NCBI RefSeq assembly: GCF_009834535.1
Contig: NC_045696.1
Coordinates: 104,782,001-104,846,000, forward strand
DNA length: 64,000 bases
Source of the DNA: Camelus ferus
Taxonomy: Eukaryota
Reading direction: 5' to 3'
Part shown: positions 12,129 to 25,714 of the stretch, one piece after another
How the letters are laid out: every line of letters starts with the position of its first letter
How positions within the stretch are numbered: the stretch's first letter is position 1
The notes under the pieces: generated by a model
Told to the model about the DNA's origin: nothing
Database searches by the model: none
The model's input: the letters and a program-made list of their open reading frames with translations, nothing else
Translations under genes and position numbers: made by a program

Positions 12129-14264
12129 CATTAATTTAATTCACAGCAGCTCAACAGTCTTGTTGCAAAGAGGGGATTATTATCTTTGTCAGACAGATGA
12201 AAAAATGGGGCTCTTGAGAGCTCACTGGTCACAATGTCAGCAAAGACTTTAAGGTTGTAGAGTTTAAAGTTGCCTGCAACATCCCAGTGCCCTTTCAAAT
12301 GCATCATCACCTCTGATGTCCCATGAGGTGAATGGGACAAGTTTTATTATTCCCATTTTACTGCTGGGTTATGCTGAAGCCCAAAGAGATAAGGTACACA
12401 TTACCTGAGATCACCATGGGCTAAACCAAGATCAGGCTGCTACCTCCTGCCCCTCAGGACTTATCTCTAGGTCACACAGGGATCCAACAGCATTAGGCCA
12501 GTCATTATTTGAGTCAAAATGTCCAGACGCAAAACAGAATAATTCTCCACACATGAAAGGGGGTTTGGAAATGAAAAAAAAAAAAAAAAACCTATCACAG
12601 AAATCCAAGTGTATCACTTGGTCAGTCACAATACTTCCTTGACTTTATGGAACCTGAGAGTCTCTGGCATGTGGTGTGGGTTTGGTTGGGGGTACCCAGC
12701 TCTGCACAATTCCTCGGCTTTTGTCAAGGACATCCAGCTGCCTCATACCCCTGGGGCAGGGCGTTCTCACTAGGAGGTCTTCCCCAGCCTGGGCAGCCTC
12801 AACGGGCCTATGGTCCTTGAGCCTCAACTCAGGTTGAGGGTCCTCTGCCAGCAGCCTTCATGCTCTCAGATGTCCCTTGTCCCCAGCAACTACCTCCATC
12901 CATACTGATGGCATTATCAATGAAACCATGAACTGTGTCTTCAGTGTCCACACACAGGAAGTAACATGAACGAGGTTGGGATGCTATCACACCTAGATGC
13001 CAAGATTTACTAAAGGATGTGTACCCCTAACCTATCTACCTCCTCAGGCAAATCACACAAGACTCTATTAGCCAGACAAATGAGGCAATGGAGGCCAAGA
13101 AGAATGAAGCAAGCTGTCCAAAACCTCAGGGTTATCAGGTGGGCTTCTGAACCTGGGGCCCATCTTGTTCTACCCCCAGGGACCAGCTCTTCTGTGCTTT
13201 GGTTTCTCCATTGATCAAGGGAGGCAAGGTTGGAAACTACTTAGGACCAGACCTCCTTCTTGGGGTAAGCACGGCTCTTGAAGCAACAGAACTCACACCA
13301 GGGAGTCCAGAGAAGGTCCTTTGTGACAGCAGAGCTGGATGGAGCATAGATGCTGCTCCTCACCCCCAGGGGGTGCAGGTGGGGCCCCGTCAGCTGTGCA
13401 CTGAGTATATGCTATGTGAGGGGCACTTGCCAGGTCTGAGAAGGGCAGTAGACTTTTGGGACCGTACAGACACTCTAGCCTGGCAACCATCTCCAGGAGG
13501 TCCTGGGGGATTCTGTTAGCAGGCCAGAGGCTTGTCCCATGCCCATGTGTTATTACTACCATTATTCTCCTAAGACAGGCAGCTTCCTGGAAACTCAAAC
13601 ATAGTGACTTCCAGAAGACACAGCCATAGCCATGTCCCTCTAAAGCAGCCCTGGGATGAGCCTGTCCCTGTCACTCATGATGTGTCTTCCCCGGGGAAGC
13701 CCCATTGTGGTCCCTGGCACTGTCCAGTTCTGCTGATGGCAAACAGGGTCCACCTGGTCAAAGCACAAGGCAGAGCATGACCGCATGGCAGAGAGGGACC
13801 CCAGCATCAGGACTGCCCCGGAGGCATGAGGCAGGATTTGGGACACAGTCCAGGAACCAGGAATTAAACTGGAGCAGAGACCCCATGTCCTCGCAGGCTC
13901 ACTCTAAGACCGAAGTCACAACTGAAGCGGGGGGTGGAACCCAGAACCCTGTGTCTTTCAAGGATCACTTTACCTCTTCTTTCTCCAAGAGCTTTTCCTG
14001 ACCCCTGCAGCCCACAGCCCTCCCCGCCTCTGGCCAGCTCCGCAGGAGATGTTCTGTGGAAAGGAGCCTTTGGGCCCTGGGTCACCGGCTATCTCCTACT
14101 GCTGTTGCCTTGCTGCATATCTAGAGTGGCCCTCTGAGTTTCCTTCCTTGATGGAGACCATGAGAAGGTTTGAAGTGAATTAGGGAGGGGTCTCTTGTCA
14201 CTTCCACGGTACCTGGAACATGGTTGAGATTATTGCAGGAACCCAATGATTGCCTGTCAGGAGG

Positions 14265-14455
14265 CAGAGTGGTCCATGGAGAGCGGCAGGTTTGGGAGTC
14301 AGGCAGTCCTGAGTTCAATTCCTGACCTTGCCACATAAAAGGTGTGCCTCTTAACCAGTTGCTCAGCTCTCTAAGCTCTCTGAAATGGAGGTGGTCATGC
14401 CTACTCATGGAGTTTTGGGAGATTCGAGGTAAATAAAAAAAAATCTAAGCTGCCT
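14265..14455 (+). mobile_element. MIR
   Basis: ggagtcaggcagtcctgagttcaattcctgaccttgccac. Confidence 0.7.
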
Positions 14456-14459
14456 AGAC

Positions 14460-14640
14460 CAGAGGTTCTCAAAGTGTGGTCCTTGGTGATGCAATACATC
14501 ACTGGGGAACTTGTCAGAAATGCAAATGCTTAACCCTACCTGAAGCCCACTGAGTCAGAACCCTGGGGACCGCACCCAGCCACCTGGGTTATAGCAAGTC
14601 CTTCGGGTAATTTTGATGCACCTAAAAATTTAAGAACCTT
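14460..14640. mobile_element. MER5A (hAT-Charlie MITE)
   Basis: cagaggttctcaaagtgtggtcc...gaacttgtcagaaatgcaaat...aatttaagaacc. Confidence 0.85.
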
Positions 14641-14999
14641 TTTTAGGTACTCCGTAAACAGTCTGTCCCCAGCCAGAGATGAAGGAATGACCTTCATCTG
14701 TACTGACTTTCAGATACAGAGCTGAAGTAAGAAAGTGGCCAGTGGCCAAAGCAGTCATGACATAACCCTGATCATTTGGGACAAGTCATTGGGTACAGGA
14801 AAAGAGTGTGATTCCAGTGACTTAAACATGAGTCAAGAGTACGTCCAATTTGATCTAATCCAATAAGAATGTGAGTGGTTGCTATTACACAGAGTAATGA
14901 ACTCACCTTAAAAGCAGGCACTCAGTTCATGCTGACAAAGTCAGAGCCAGTTAAATATGGCTGCCACGTGTATTTCTTTAGATCTGCTTCCCCCCAAAG

Positions 15000-15180
15000 C
15001 AGAAGTTTTCATCCATGCCACACAGGAGAATCACCTGAGGAGTTTTGAAAAGTACAGATGCCCAGGCTGTATCCCCAGCCAATCACTTCAACATTTCTGG
15101 GAGGTGGTGAGACCTATGCATGAGTAGTTTTGAAAACTCCCCAAGTGATTGCAATGTGCGGTGCAAGCTGCAAACCACTG
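15000..15180. mobile_element. MER5B/MER5A1-like MITE
   Basis: agaatcacctgaggagttttgaaaagtacagatgcccagg...ctccccaagtgatt...aaaccactg. Confidence 0.75.
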
Positions 15181-15569
15181 AACCAGGTGGGTCAGCCTGC
15201 GATGCTGGTGACCCGCAGGCAGATAGAAAGCAGAGGCCAGCCCTTCGTCTTCCTCAGCCCCACCCCTCCATCCTCTTGGTCACCACTCTCAGGTAACAGA
15301 CTCAGCCATTCTCACTGCAGAGGCAGTAAGTCATGAGTTGGAAGAAGTCACTTGGACTTTGGAGATGGGAAGGGCAAATGTTATTAGCTCAATTTTCTGA
15401 ATTAAAATAAACATCACCCCTGGGAGACATGCTCAGCAGTTTGCCTGAGTTGCAGGGTCGTCAGAACTGAGCTGGGACTTGACCCCTGGCCGTGGTCTTC
15501 TACATCCCAGGAGTCCACTCTACCATGACATGCTCTCTCCCACCTCCTACCTAGAAAGCTGCCAATAAA

Positions 15570-15790
15570 CTAAGCACCGACTACGTGGTAGACATGACAT
15601 CATCCCTAATCCTCAGTAACCACACTGCCGGAAAAGGTACGATTATTTATATTCTATAAAGAGAAAATCCAGGTGTAGGAAAGTAATGAACTTGCCCAAT
15701 ATCATACTGATAGTAAATGATGGAGCTGAAATTGAACCTGGATCTTTTTTGTTCTAACTACAGTGCTCTTTCCACTGTAACACACTGCCT
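15570..15790 (-). mobile_element. MIR
   Basis: aacttgcccaatatcatactgatagtaaatgatggagctgaaattgaacc. Confidence 0.75.
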
Positions 15791-16679
15791 TTCTGGGAGA
15801 GAGGACATGAGAAAATGGAAACACAACCTCTCAAAATGGACTTGATTTGGAGCCATTACAACAAAGAACCAGAATGAGGCACAACTATTTTTCTTCTCTT
15901 GCACATCCCTCTACCTTTTCTACAAGTCCTGGATGAACCAGGGGCAGAGAAAGACCTCAGGTGGCCATACTGACCTTGGTGAGAGTTGAGGGTAGCCTAG
16001 GGATTGAATGGTTCAAAGAGAGAGCCATTCAGAGCAAGTGTCCACGTGCTCCCAGGACTTGCCAAGCCCTGGGACAAGGTGTTGACACATCTTCCAATGC
16101 CCCACAAGGTGAACTTATTGTACAGGTTCAAGGTTCAGACTGAGGTTCCACCTCTCCCTGGCTTCACTCAGCCTTGATCTTGGCACGCCATACACCCTCT
16201 ACCCCCAGCCATGCTGCCTCAAGGCATTTGGATGGTGCACCCACCTCAGGGGATTCCGACCCAGGAAGGATGGTCCACCTAAGCAATATCCCTGTGCCTG
16301 CAAGGGGTCCCCACTTTGCTGGACAAGAGCCAGACAGGTGGTCTAACACAGCAAAGACTCCATGGCAAACAGCACAGCTGGGCTCTCAGGAGAAATCTGC
16401 TATCTGCCATTTGGGGTATTTGCAATATTCACAACTCAAGCCTTACTGTATCATGTGAGACTTTTGTCCCTGTGGAGAGTTGTCAGGTCTCAGGAAATTA
16501 GGCAGAAAAAAGTAATTTAGGGGAAGGAGAGCTGCTGGCTGGGGAACTCTTTACGGAAGAGCCCGTCACTTGCTGCACTGGCCACTGGACTTTGCATTCG
16601 TATGTGCATATGTCCTATGTGTGTGTCCTTTCCGTGGGACTTCTGTTAAGCAAGAAAATTGACAAGCAAATTCTGGTAA

Positions 16680-16910
16680 TAGAGAAAACAGAAGGATTTT
16701 GAATCACACAGACCCGGATTTGAATTCCAGCCCTGACATGGCACAGCTTACACAATCAGTCCTTATCTATTCCTCATCTGCAGGGCAGGGAATGGGGAGG
16801 CAGAGACTCCTCTACAGAAGTTGTCTGCCTCATGGGGCTGGATGGGAATTCAGTGAGGAAAGACCAAGGCTGTGCTTTGTAAACAGCAAAGCTTTATGTA
16901 AATATTAGCA
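16680..16910 (+). mobile_element. MIR
   Basis: cagacccggatttgaattccagccctgac, ttcctcatctgca. Confidence 0.65.
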
Positions 16911-16999
16911 GAGTTGTAATAACAGCTACCATTATTATGACTCCTGGTGATTTACAGTATGGCAAGCCACACACGTTCAAATCACACCATGCTTGCCCT

Positions 17000-17300
17000 A
17001 ACATATTACAAACCCTGTGCTAGGTACAGTCTTGGCCATCAAGACCCTATGGTCTAGGAGGAAGAGGTTCCCAGCCAGAGGACACTGAGTAGGGGTTGCT
17101 AAAGTAGTGGGAAAGGAGCATAGGGAACACAGGTTCCAGAAGAGGGGCACCTAGTTTAGGCTGTGGTCCAAGAAGGCTTCATGGAGGAGGTGACCGTTGA
17201 GCTTTGCCCGGGAGGAGGTATAAAAGCGATGCAAGTTGGGAGGCTGCGGATGGTGGGAACTTTCCAAGCAAGCAGAGAAAGAGCGTGCACAGTGAAACAG
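17000..17300 (-). mobile_element. LINE2 fragment
   Basis: gaaggcttcatggaggaggtgaccgttgagct. Confidence 0.7.
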
Positions 17301-17819
17301 AGAGAAGAACAAGTATACTACATTTGGGGCTTCAGTAATTTGATATCTGCAAAGGTCCCCAGCTCTGTGCCTAAGTGATTTCATATCACTGGGCTCCTGA
17401 GCACTGTTGAGGCTGGGACAGGAGGAAGATGAATTTTCCCTTGCCCCTGATTACAGAGCTAGCCCTCATCAATGATTCTTTCTTCAGAATAAATCAATGT
17501 ACCCCCAGTACCTAGCCCAAATACCGACACATTGTTGGTTCTCAATAAATATTTGTTGAATAAATGTATCTTCAATGTCCAATAGAATCTAAATGTAGCA
17601 GGCTGTGATTATGATGAAAAATAACCAGAGAGTATCAAACAGTCCTACATTTTTTATAGCCGTTTCATTTATAAACTGATTTCAGCTAACCCTTCAGTGA
17701 TCAGCCATATTTTCTGCCACCCAATCTCCACAATCCATATCTGACATTAAACCCAGCTACCCTGGTTCTCTCCACCCACAACTCCCCCTCCTCAAAGAGC
17801 AGAGTAAGAAAAGCAGTCA

Positions 17820-18200
17820 TGTATCAACCACCTGCTCCCCGCCAGGACTCTGCTCACAGGGTTCCCTAAGTTTTCCCAACCAATTCCCCCACCAACCCTT
17901 CAGGGCAATTGAGAGTCACCACGTTTTACAGATGGACACACTAAAGCTCCGAGAGGCCAAGTGATTCTCCTAAAGACACAGCTGGGGAATAAATACCGAG
18001 TCACAATTCCAGCGCAAGTCCCATCGCGTACTCACTGTCATCTTACTTCCCGCATGTAACAATTCCCTCAAGATAAATACCATTGTCCCCATTTGACAGA
18101 TGTGGATCTTGTCGTTCAGAAAGGTTAAGTAACTTGCTCTAAGGCATAGCTATTAAATTGTGGCATTAGGTCAGCCTAACTCCAAAGGCTGTTCTCTTAC
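17820..18200 (-). mobile_element. Two adjacent MIRs
   Basis: Cores gttttacagatggacacactaaagc and cccatttgacagatg...gaaaggttaagtaacttgc. Confidence 0.7.
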
Positions 18201-21200
18201 CTCGATACCCTACTGGTGCCAACTACAAACACAGCAAGACTCGAGGGGGAGATCTGTCTATTTTCAATAGGAACCTAAGATCCTATTGGGGCTTGATGGC
18301 TAAGGGTGATATATATTTTTAATTACTAGAGCTCTGTTATCCATCCAAATCATTTCAGGGAAGCTTGGATGACAGGCATAGTCAGCCTCACTCTACTTAA
18401 TAAAGCACTGAAGGAACTGCTCATTAAGAATGACAGTGACCCTCACTCTGCCTTCCTGGATCTAAAGCCTTCAAATCTTCTTAAGTCCAAGATAAATAAT
18501 GACTAACCCATATTGATGATCCAAGATAGAGACCTAAATCTCCCAAGCTTATGCCTGCATTCACCAGCGCTCTCAGGGTGAAGAGCAGAAACATAACTTG
18601 GTTTAGGGTTATAAGATTTTAGATATTAGGGTTTAAGCCAGATTCCTAAAATTCAGGGGCTCCAGACAGGAAGAGACTCAGAACACAGGCCATTTCTTTT
18701 ACAAGCTGATACATACTCCACCAGGTTAACACATCCATTTGTCAAAAAGCCAGATCTCACTGTTCCACATGTGACTGTGGCTGCTGTGCCATGGCTCTGC
18801 TCTTAGGGTACAATAAGGCAGTGCCACAGGCTGTCTATATGGTCCTGTAATATCTGCTTTCATTTCTCCCTTTCAGATCCCTTTCTTTGATGTTCCCAGA
18901 AGTTTAGGGATCATGACTCTCTCCTACCCGAACTCATCTATGTTTAGAGAATATGAGATGACAAACAACATCAGAAAGGACACGTCAGGTCAACCTAATT
19001 CTCCATTCAACTTCAGATCCCACCGCTGAGGATGGCCACGAGGATTACACTGTAGAAAAGTGAGATGGAAACTCTCCAGGGTTTCCCAAGTGTGTACCAC
19101 AAGGGAGGGGAGGAGTGTGATTAGGGACATCAAAAAGGTTTCAGAATCCGTAAGTTTGGGAAACACTGAATGAAACAAAATTAAACAGGTAACTACAGAT
19201 CTCAGTCTTTTATATGCAAATAGGCATTGCATAACTCCAAAGGATGACTATGATATCTGGTATATCTCTAACAGATCTGATCCTTTTAAAAGCATCATCT
19301 TAGACTGTTGTTATTACAGGGAATACCTTCTTGGAAATGCTGTCTAAACCTCTTTCGAACCCATTTCTGTTTGCAAAATGCTCACATCCTGGGACAAGAC
19401 ATTCTACATGTTCTCCATTCTAAAATGTCCTTATATACATCTTCCAACCTTCTCTTTACAACCCAGCTTGGGAAACTGCATGTATTTATGTGTTTTAGAG
19501 CTCTTGATGAATATGATGTTCCCTGATGGATTAGTGGAATCACAGTGCATGCATCTTGGGCACTAAGTGACAGCCGCTCCCTCCCTCTCCCCTCCTTGCC
19601 CCAGCCCAGCTCCGCAATGATGATCTGCATTGTCTGGTGTGTTGCTTGCTGGCCTCCACACTGCAGTGGGAGAAATCCATAAAGACGATGTTCAGCAAGT
19701 ATCAAACTATCTTCTCCTAAGCTGAAGCCCAAGTGATAATTCCCTCTGCCTGATTAAAGACCCAAGATTTCTCAGGTTTAGCAGAGGCCAGGTTTCTGTG
19801 AATACATTATTTTAAAGGGAATATTTTGATTCAGCTCTCCAGACCTTTTGGGTGGTCTTATGAGCCCCGTGCATGGTTGCTTTTCCCAAGAAAAGCCTGG
19901 GGTGGTGGCTGGGACTGTGCTGATTCACAGAGATGAGCCCTGCTGTCTGATGTTGGTCAGAGACCAGAAAGCCATCCAAGCAGGAGACAGGCAGACTCGG
20001 GCTGTGAGAGCTCTGTAACTCTAGTGGAAAGACTTCTACAACCAGAAGGGAAACAGCCAGCTCAGAGTACAAGCATACAAGCAAGAGGGAAAAACAAAGG
20101 CATCTTCAGTGCTCACCACTAGATGATAACTTGAGGAAACTGAGATTCAGAGGCAGCTGGCTTATATCCTGGAGCCATCACAAGTAAGTGATGGAGATGG
20201 GGCTCTGAGCCAGGTTAATTTTGAGTCAGTAGCTCCTTCCACTCTAACTGCAACCAGCTACCCAAGGACCAAAGCTCTGATGGGGTATCCATCAAAGCTT
20301 TGACCTCCTAGGGTCCAAATTGCAGCCAGAAGTGCCCTATGGCCTCCACAGTGGGCCGTGGCTATTCTAGCAAGGACAGACACTATTCCCTCATTTCCAG
20401 GGAGAATACCCCAGGTTTTCTATGCTGCACTGAATGCCTTGCCTGGAGTATCTGTATTCCTACCTCCTAAGCTTTTTCAGTACCATGCAGTATGGTTGGC
20501 CTCCCAGTAACATCTGTGTATGTTCTCCAACCTGGCAGTGAAGGCAGGCTCCTACCTGCTCCACCTTTGCCACTTTCCAGGGGTCAACCTTCAGGTGTTG
20601 TGGAGTAACCTGGGCCTTTCAAAACATGATCTTGGACATGCTTCTACCCAGTCCCTGGTTATTGATTTACTAAGTATCAGTTGCCTCCAGATCTCTCTGG
20701 AAAAACCTTGACTATAAACACAGTGGCCTATGCATGGATGCATGAATCAAGACCTTGTCTGTGATTCCACTGAAGAATCAGAAATCTATGTGGTTTCCAG
20801 GTCAGCAGATAGATGCTGGCTCCATTAAGCAAACGTTTTAAGAATGTATCCCATCTCCATTTTAAAATCCTTTAAAATGATGACAAAAGTCTACCGTGTT
20901 CCAAAGACACTGAACATACCTTTCAATACAGATGTTCAAAATAGGACATCCCTCGGGGGGACTAAGGGGCTTTGCTATCCACCTGTAAGGACACGAATGC
21001 AATTACAAGGGACTAATTCTTTTCTAGCTGTTGAGATGAGTTGCTCTTGTAAGAACTGTTTTGATGTCTTTTGCTATTAATAATGTATTTCAACTTTAAA
21101 AAAATATAAAAATGTTTTAAAAGAACTCACTTCTCCGGAGCACCTATTTTGGGCTATACTTTCACGTGTCATCTCATTCAATCCACATGACACCCCATTG

Positions 21201-22139
21201 TGCTCAACATCCAGCCAGGAAACTGAGTTTCAGACACACTAAACAACTGCCCAAACCTAGGGAGAGATAGATCTAGGACCAGAAATTGGGTCTACCAAAG
21301 CCCACCGCCAGCCCGGGCACTTTTCCTGCCCTATGCTTCCTCTCCTCTATACTGGAGAATTATTTTTCCTTCTTTTCCTGTATAGGGAGATGAAGTTGGT
21401 TTACAAGGTATTTTTAGATGATTTATGCATACCTGTATTAGCTTGGGAAAAAAAAAAAGAAGGAAGGAACATATGGATCTATTTATTACTCACTTTCAAA
21501 TACAGTAAAAAAAAAATAATTATTTAATAAGTGCTACCAGTAAAAATTCTAGAAATCAGAGGGAGGCATTTCCCCTTAAAGTGAGGAGTCTTTTACATTC
21601 TTTCCTTCTGTTAAACTTCAACCAACATGATGAGTTATGCGAGCCCGCCATGCAGAATAGCGATATGTATCATAATGGCAGCTCTCCATGTGAGCTACCT
21701 ATCAGAAACCTTAATGTAATTGCCAGACTGAATCTTAATTCATTTCTGAGAGAAGCTTATTATTTTGGGGGTGTTGGATCACCTGCTTTTAAATCACATA
21801 CAAGTATAGCCGCAATGATCTATTTAGTCTTCAATGTTTTAAACGTTTCTGCCTATGTCTACATTAATTCCCCATCTGCTAGCCAATTCAGACAAGACAC
21901 TGGGAAACCATAGGGCAATTTTAGGGCTCTCTCTGTGCCAGTGTTCTTACCTCTGTGTTTTCCCTTCCAGTTTGTCCTCTTCTACACAAATGATAGAGTG
22001 AGCTTCCTAAAATACAAAACTGCCTGGACCACATCCTGCACAAAAGGTACCTCATCAACAGGACACAAGGCCTCTCACCACCCAGCTGCCGCCTGCCCCT
22101 CTCCCCTCACCTCACACCTCCACCCCTTTAAGCAGGAGC

Positions 22140-23150
22140 AGAATTAAAGACAACACTGGAAGTAGTTAACATCAGACTAGAAATCACGAAAGGGAGCCAG
22201 GCCTGCCTGTTGCCTCTAAGGGGCTATGTATATTCTGGCTGTGAACCACAAACCTGGTAACTTCTCTTAGAATACAGAAAGAAAGGACAAGAGGGCAAAA
22301 TTTAAGATGGAGACAAGGATAAATACAGATGACAAGCATCAAACATACATGTAACTTGTCTTCCAGAAGAAAACACCAGTACCGTATCTCTGCAGAAGCA
22401 ACAAATAAAGATGTAAAAAAAGAAAACATTCACTGAGCCCAAAAACGACCTAAGAGGATCAGTCCATTAAAAAACAAACAGTTCCTTGAAGAAACTCACT
22501 CTTAGCAACCCGAGAAAATTTGGATTTGAAAGGACAAAATATGGTCCAAATAAGTACCCGAGAAAAACTTACAAAATGAATTTGCTGCCAAAGAAAGACA
22601 GTCAGGTGTCCCAGACGTCTCCTCTGGGACATTGCCAGTCCCAGATCTACCAAGTTGTGAGGGACAAAGTGGTTGTGACCCCACCGAGAAAGAGTAGCCA
22701 CGTTGTGCTTCATGTATGAAGGAAATGGAAAGATTGCCTTTGGTCCATAAAGGCTCAGAAAGCCTGCCCTTGGTGTACGCTTCCCTGGAAAGATGGTCCA
22801 TGGAAATGAACTTAGTCCAATCAAATCAATGAGAAGTAGAGGGGGAGGTATAGCTCAGAGGCAGAGCACATGCTTAGCATGCATGAGGCCCTGGGTTCTT
22901 TCCCCAGTACCTCCATTAAATAAACAAACAAACAAACAAATTAATTAATTAATTAACCCCCCCCCCCAAAATCAATGAGAAGTAAAATTGAGAGCTCAGG
23001 AATAGGGAGCTATGGTGTAAAAGGACTGTTTGTGCTAAAAACATTTAAACATGGGATCCAAACATTGCTTTCAATTGGGCTACAAAACTGCAAATGCCAA
23101 AACTTCTTGTGAACAAGGATACAAAATATAAAATCTGCATCTACCCACAG
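22140..23150 (+). mobile_element. Degraded HAL1 / old L1 ORF1-like remnant
   Basis: Frame from 22141 gives ELKTTLEVVNIRLE...DKYR*QASNIHVTCLPEEN, like the ORF1p 'RRSNIRIIGVPEEE' motif; multiple stops; atggtgtaaaaggactg resembles HAL1 3' sequence as I recall it. Confidence 0.55.
22839..22968 (+). mobile_element. Camelid tRNA-derived SINE (Vic-1 type)
   Basis: ggggaggtatagctcagaggcagagcacatgcttagcatgcatgaggccctgggttc; perfect 16-bp TSD aaatcaatgagaagta (22823-22838 and 22969-22984). Confidence 0.93.
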
Positions 23151-24452
23151 AAGAATCTGGGCTTCCCTCGTCTCCTGTAGGCTGGGTCAGGACCCCTCCT
23201 CCCAGCCCTGTGCTTCCCTCTCTCTGACAGCATCATCCCCCATCATGCTTTAAATTTGTTTCCTATTTTCTTGGCCATTAGAAGAACATGAGCGCCTAAA
23301 AAGCAGGAGCTATTTTATTTGTGTCCCCCTCACTAACCCCGGCAATGTGGCATAGAGTTTGCAACTGTGAATGTTTATTGAAAGAATGAATAGGGAAAGA
23401 CAAGAATGTTTATTCATTTTACCCCAGGCAACCTTCCCTAAGGACATGATCTCTGATTCCTGGCAGGGCTTTAGTGAGGGTTTCATGGTATGTGCATCTA
23501 ATACCTCCTCTAACCATCAGCGGAGCTTCCCTCAATGTCGCCCTAAAAAAGGAGTGAGGTGCTCCTCACAGGGCAAGCCACACAGTGGCTGTGTTAGAGT
23601 GTAGGTGCAGGGGCCCGCCAGACGCTGTGGTGCTCTCCAGCACCCTGGGAGTCTGTTACTGCCACTCCTAGGAGAAGAAAACAACTCACAGGGGTTGTGT
23701 GATATTTCCAAGTGCTCATCGTGAGGGGCGCAAGGGAGCTGACTGTGCCTCTCTGGCTATGAAGTCCCTGCTCTCCCTCCATCTCTTGCCCTGGTCCTCC
23801 TCTCAAAATCCGTGTTAGACATGATCACATTATGACACACAGGACTTTTATCTCCTGAATGTCAGCGCGCCAGACCCGGCCTCGGTACCCCCGGGCGCCT
23901 CTCTCTGGCTGTTCTGTATGCTGGCGAATTTGTGTTCACTGTACATTAGGCAGCTGAGTTTACCAGGAGAACACGGCGTCCCCTTGATGAATGGGGTCCA
24001 AGTTGCATTTACATGAGAGCGGGCTTCCTACGTGCGATAAGGGGCTGGGCAATGCATCACTCGCTGTGCTGGCATGCACAAGTCAGGAGTGATGAATGGG
24101 GCTCCGACATGAAGGGCTCCGGAATGCTGCCGAGCTTCAGTGCACCAGGCCCGGCTGACGTGGTGCCTGATTAGGGGTTCCAGAACGCCAACCCGCTCAA
24201 GATTCAGTCATTCATACATTCCCTCCGCTTGTCAGCAATTGACTGAGCACCTTGTCGGAGCCAGTACTTGCTAGATGCTGCAGACAGACAAGGAAGCTAT
24301 AGTTCTTACTCACTAATAATGAGAGCATCAATTATTGAGCATCTACTATGTACCAGACACTGCATGTGCCTCATCTCCTTGAATCTTCACCGCTTCCCTG
24401 TGATGTAGCTACAGTCCCTCGTTTAAAGAATGGGAAAACTAAGACCAAGGAG

Positions 24453-24675
24453 GAATCTAACAAAGTGACATAAATGAACTTATTTACAAAACAGAAGGAA
24501 ACTCACAAACATAGAAAACAAACTTGTGGTTACCAAGGGGGCAAAGGGGCAGGGAGGGATAAATTGGGAGTTTGGGATTGGCAGATACAAATGTACAGAA
24601 CAGATAAACAATAAGGTCCTACTATAGCACAGGGACCTATAGTCAATGGTTTGTACTAACCTGTAATGAAAAAGA

Positions 24676-24715
<40 letters not shown>

Positions 24716-24816
24716 TTACGTATATGATTGAATCACCATGCTATAAACTAGAAACAAATACAGCATTGTAAATCAACTCTATTTCAATTGTTTTAAATGT
24801 TATAAAAGTTAAAAAA
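24453..24816 (+). mobile_element. Cetartiodactyl LINE1 3' end inserted in a MIR; contains (TG)16 at 24679-24710
   Basis: aaatgaacttatttacaaaacagaa, gggagggataaattgggagtttgggatt, gcattgtaaatcaac; agaccaag on both flanks. Confidence 0.9.
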
Positions 24817-24969
24817 TCAGACCAAGAAAGGTTAACTAAATATCCCAAGTCATCACAGCTAATTAGAGGGAAAAAACTGGTTTGTGAACTCAGGTCCACT
24901 GACTCCAGGGGTTCTCGCTAGTAGTTCTTCTGCAGAGATGCAGACAACCGTAGCTATGGACAAGAAATA

Positions 24970-25160
24970 CCTAGAATGTGGCAGGCATTATGCATGCTTT
25001 GTCCATCTTTATTCTCATGACAATCTCATGAGGTAGATATTATTTTCCCAATTTTTCAAATGAGGAAACTAGGGCTGAAAGAGGTTAAGACATTTGATGG
25101 AGGGCACACAGGTTGTTAAGAGGTTGGAAACTATATGCTAGAATCACAAATTCTCCCAAA
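24970..25160 (-). mobile_element. MIR
   Basis: aaatgaggaaactagggctgaaagaggttaag. Confidence 0.8.
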
Positions 25161-25305
25161 AGCCTCACTATGCTGCCAAGGGAGTGGCTAGGAGAGCTGT
25201 TTACAGGCTTTTGGTCTACGAAGTGAATACCTCTGAATAAATACCTTCACCAAATGTGACCCTTACACAGTGGCACAAGTTCCACCTTAAAGAGTGGTAG
25301 GAATC

Positions 25306-25426
25306 CAGTTTTAATAATGTATTGTCACCATGGAGGAGGCTGGGAAGGGGCATACCAAATCTCTCTGTGCTAATTTTACTTCTTTTAAGTCTATAATTAG
25401 TTCAAAAGAAAAGTTTTTTTTTTTTA
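25306..25426 (+). mobile_element. Short old LINE1 (L1M) 3' end
   Basis: gtcaccatggaggaggctgggaagggg...tctctctgtgcta...gtctataatt; TSD agtggtaggaatc / agtggtagaaatc. Confidence 0.65.
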
Positions 25427-25714
25427 AGTGGTAGAAATCAATTCAATTTGATAAACACTAAACACTCAAATTGGAATCAGCTCCATGCTGCTGTCAGGGG
25501 AAAATGACATGAACACTTGGTTTCTAAAATCACAAGTTTTTAGCTATAATAAGATTCACAGCCCCTAAGATGTAATGACTTTACGTTCTCAAACCTCCTA
25601 ACTGCAGAAACACTTACTATCTACTTTTCCCGCTGATAATTTAACTATGCACTGTGTCTGCATTTCTAATTATCTAGTGCGTTAATGTCACATGATCCAC
25701 TCAGCCCATCTCTT

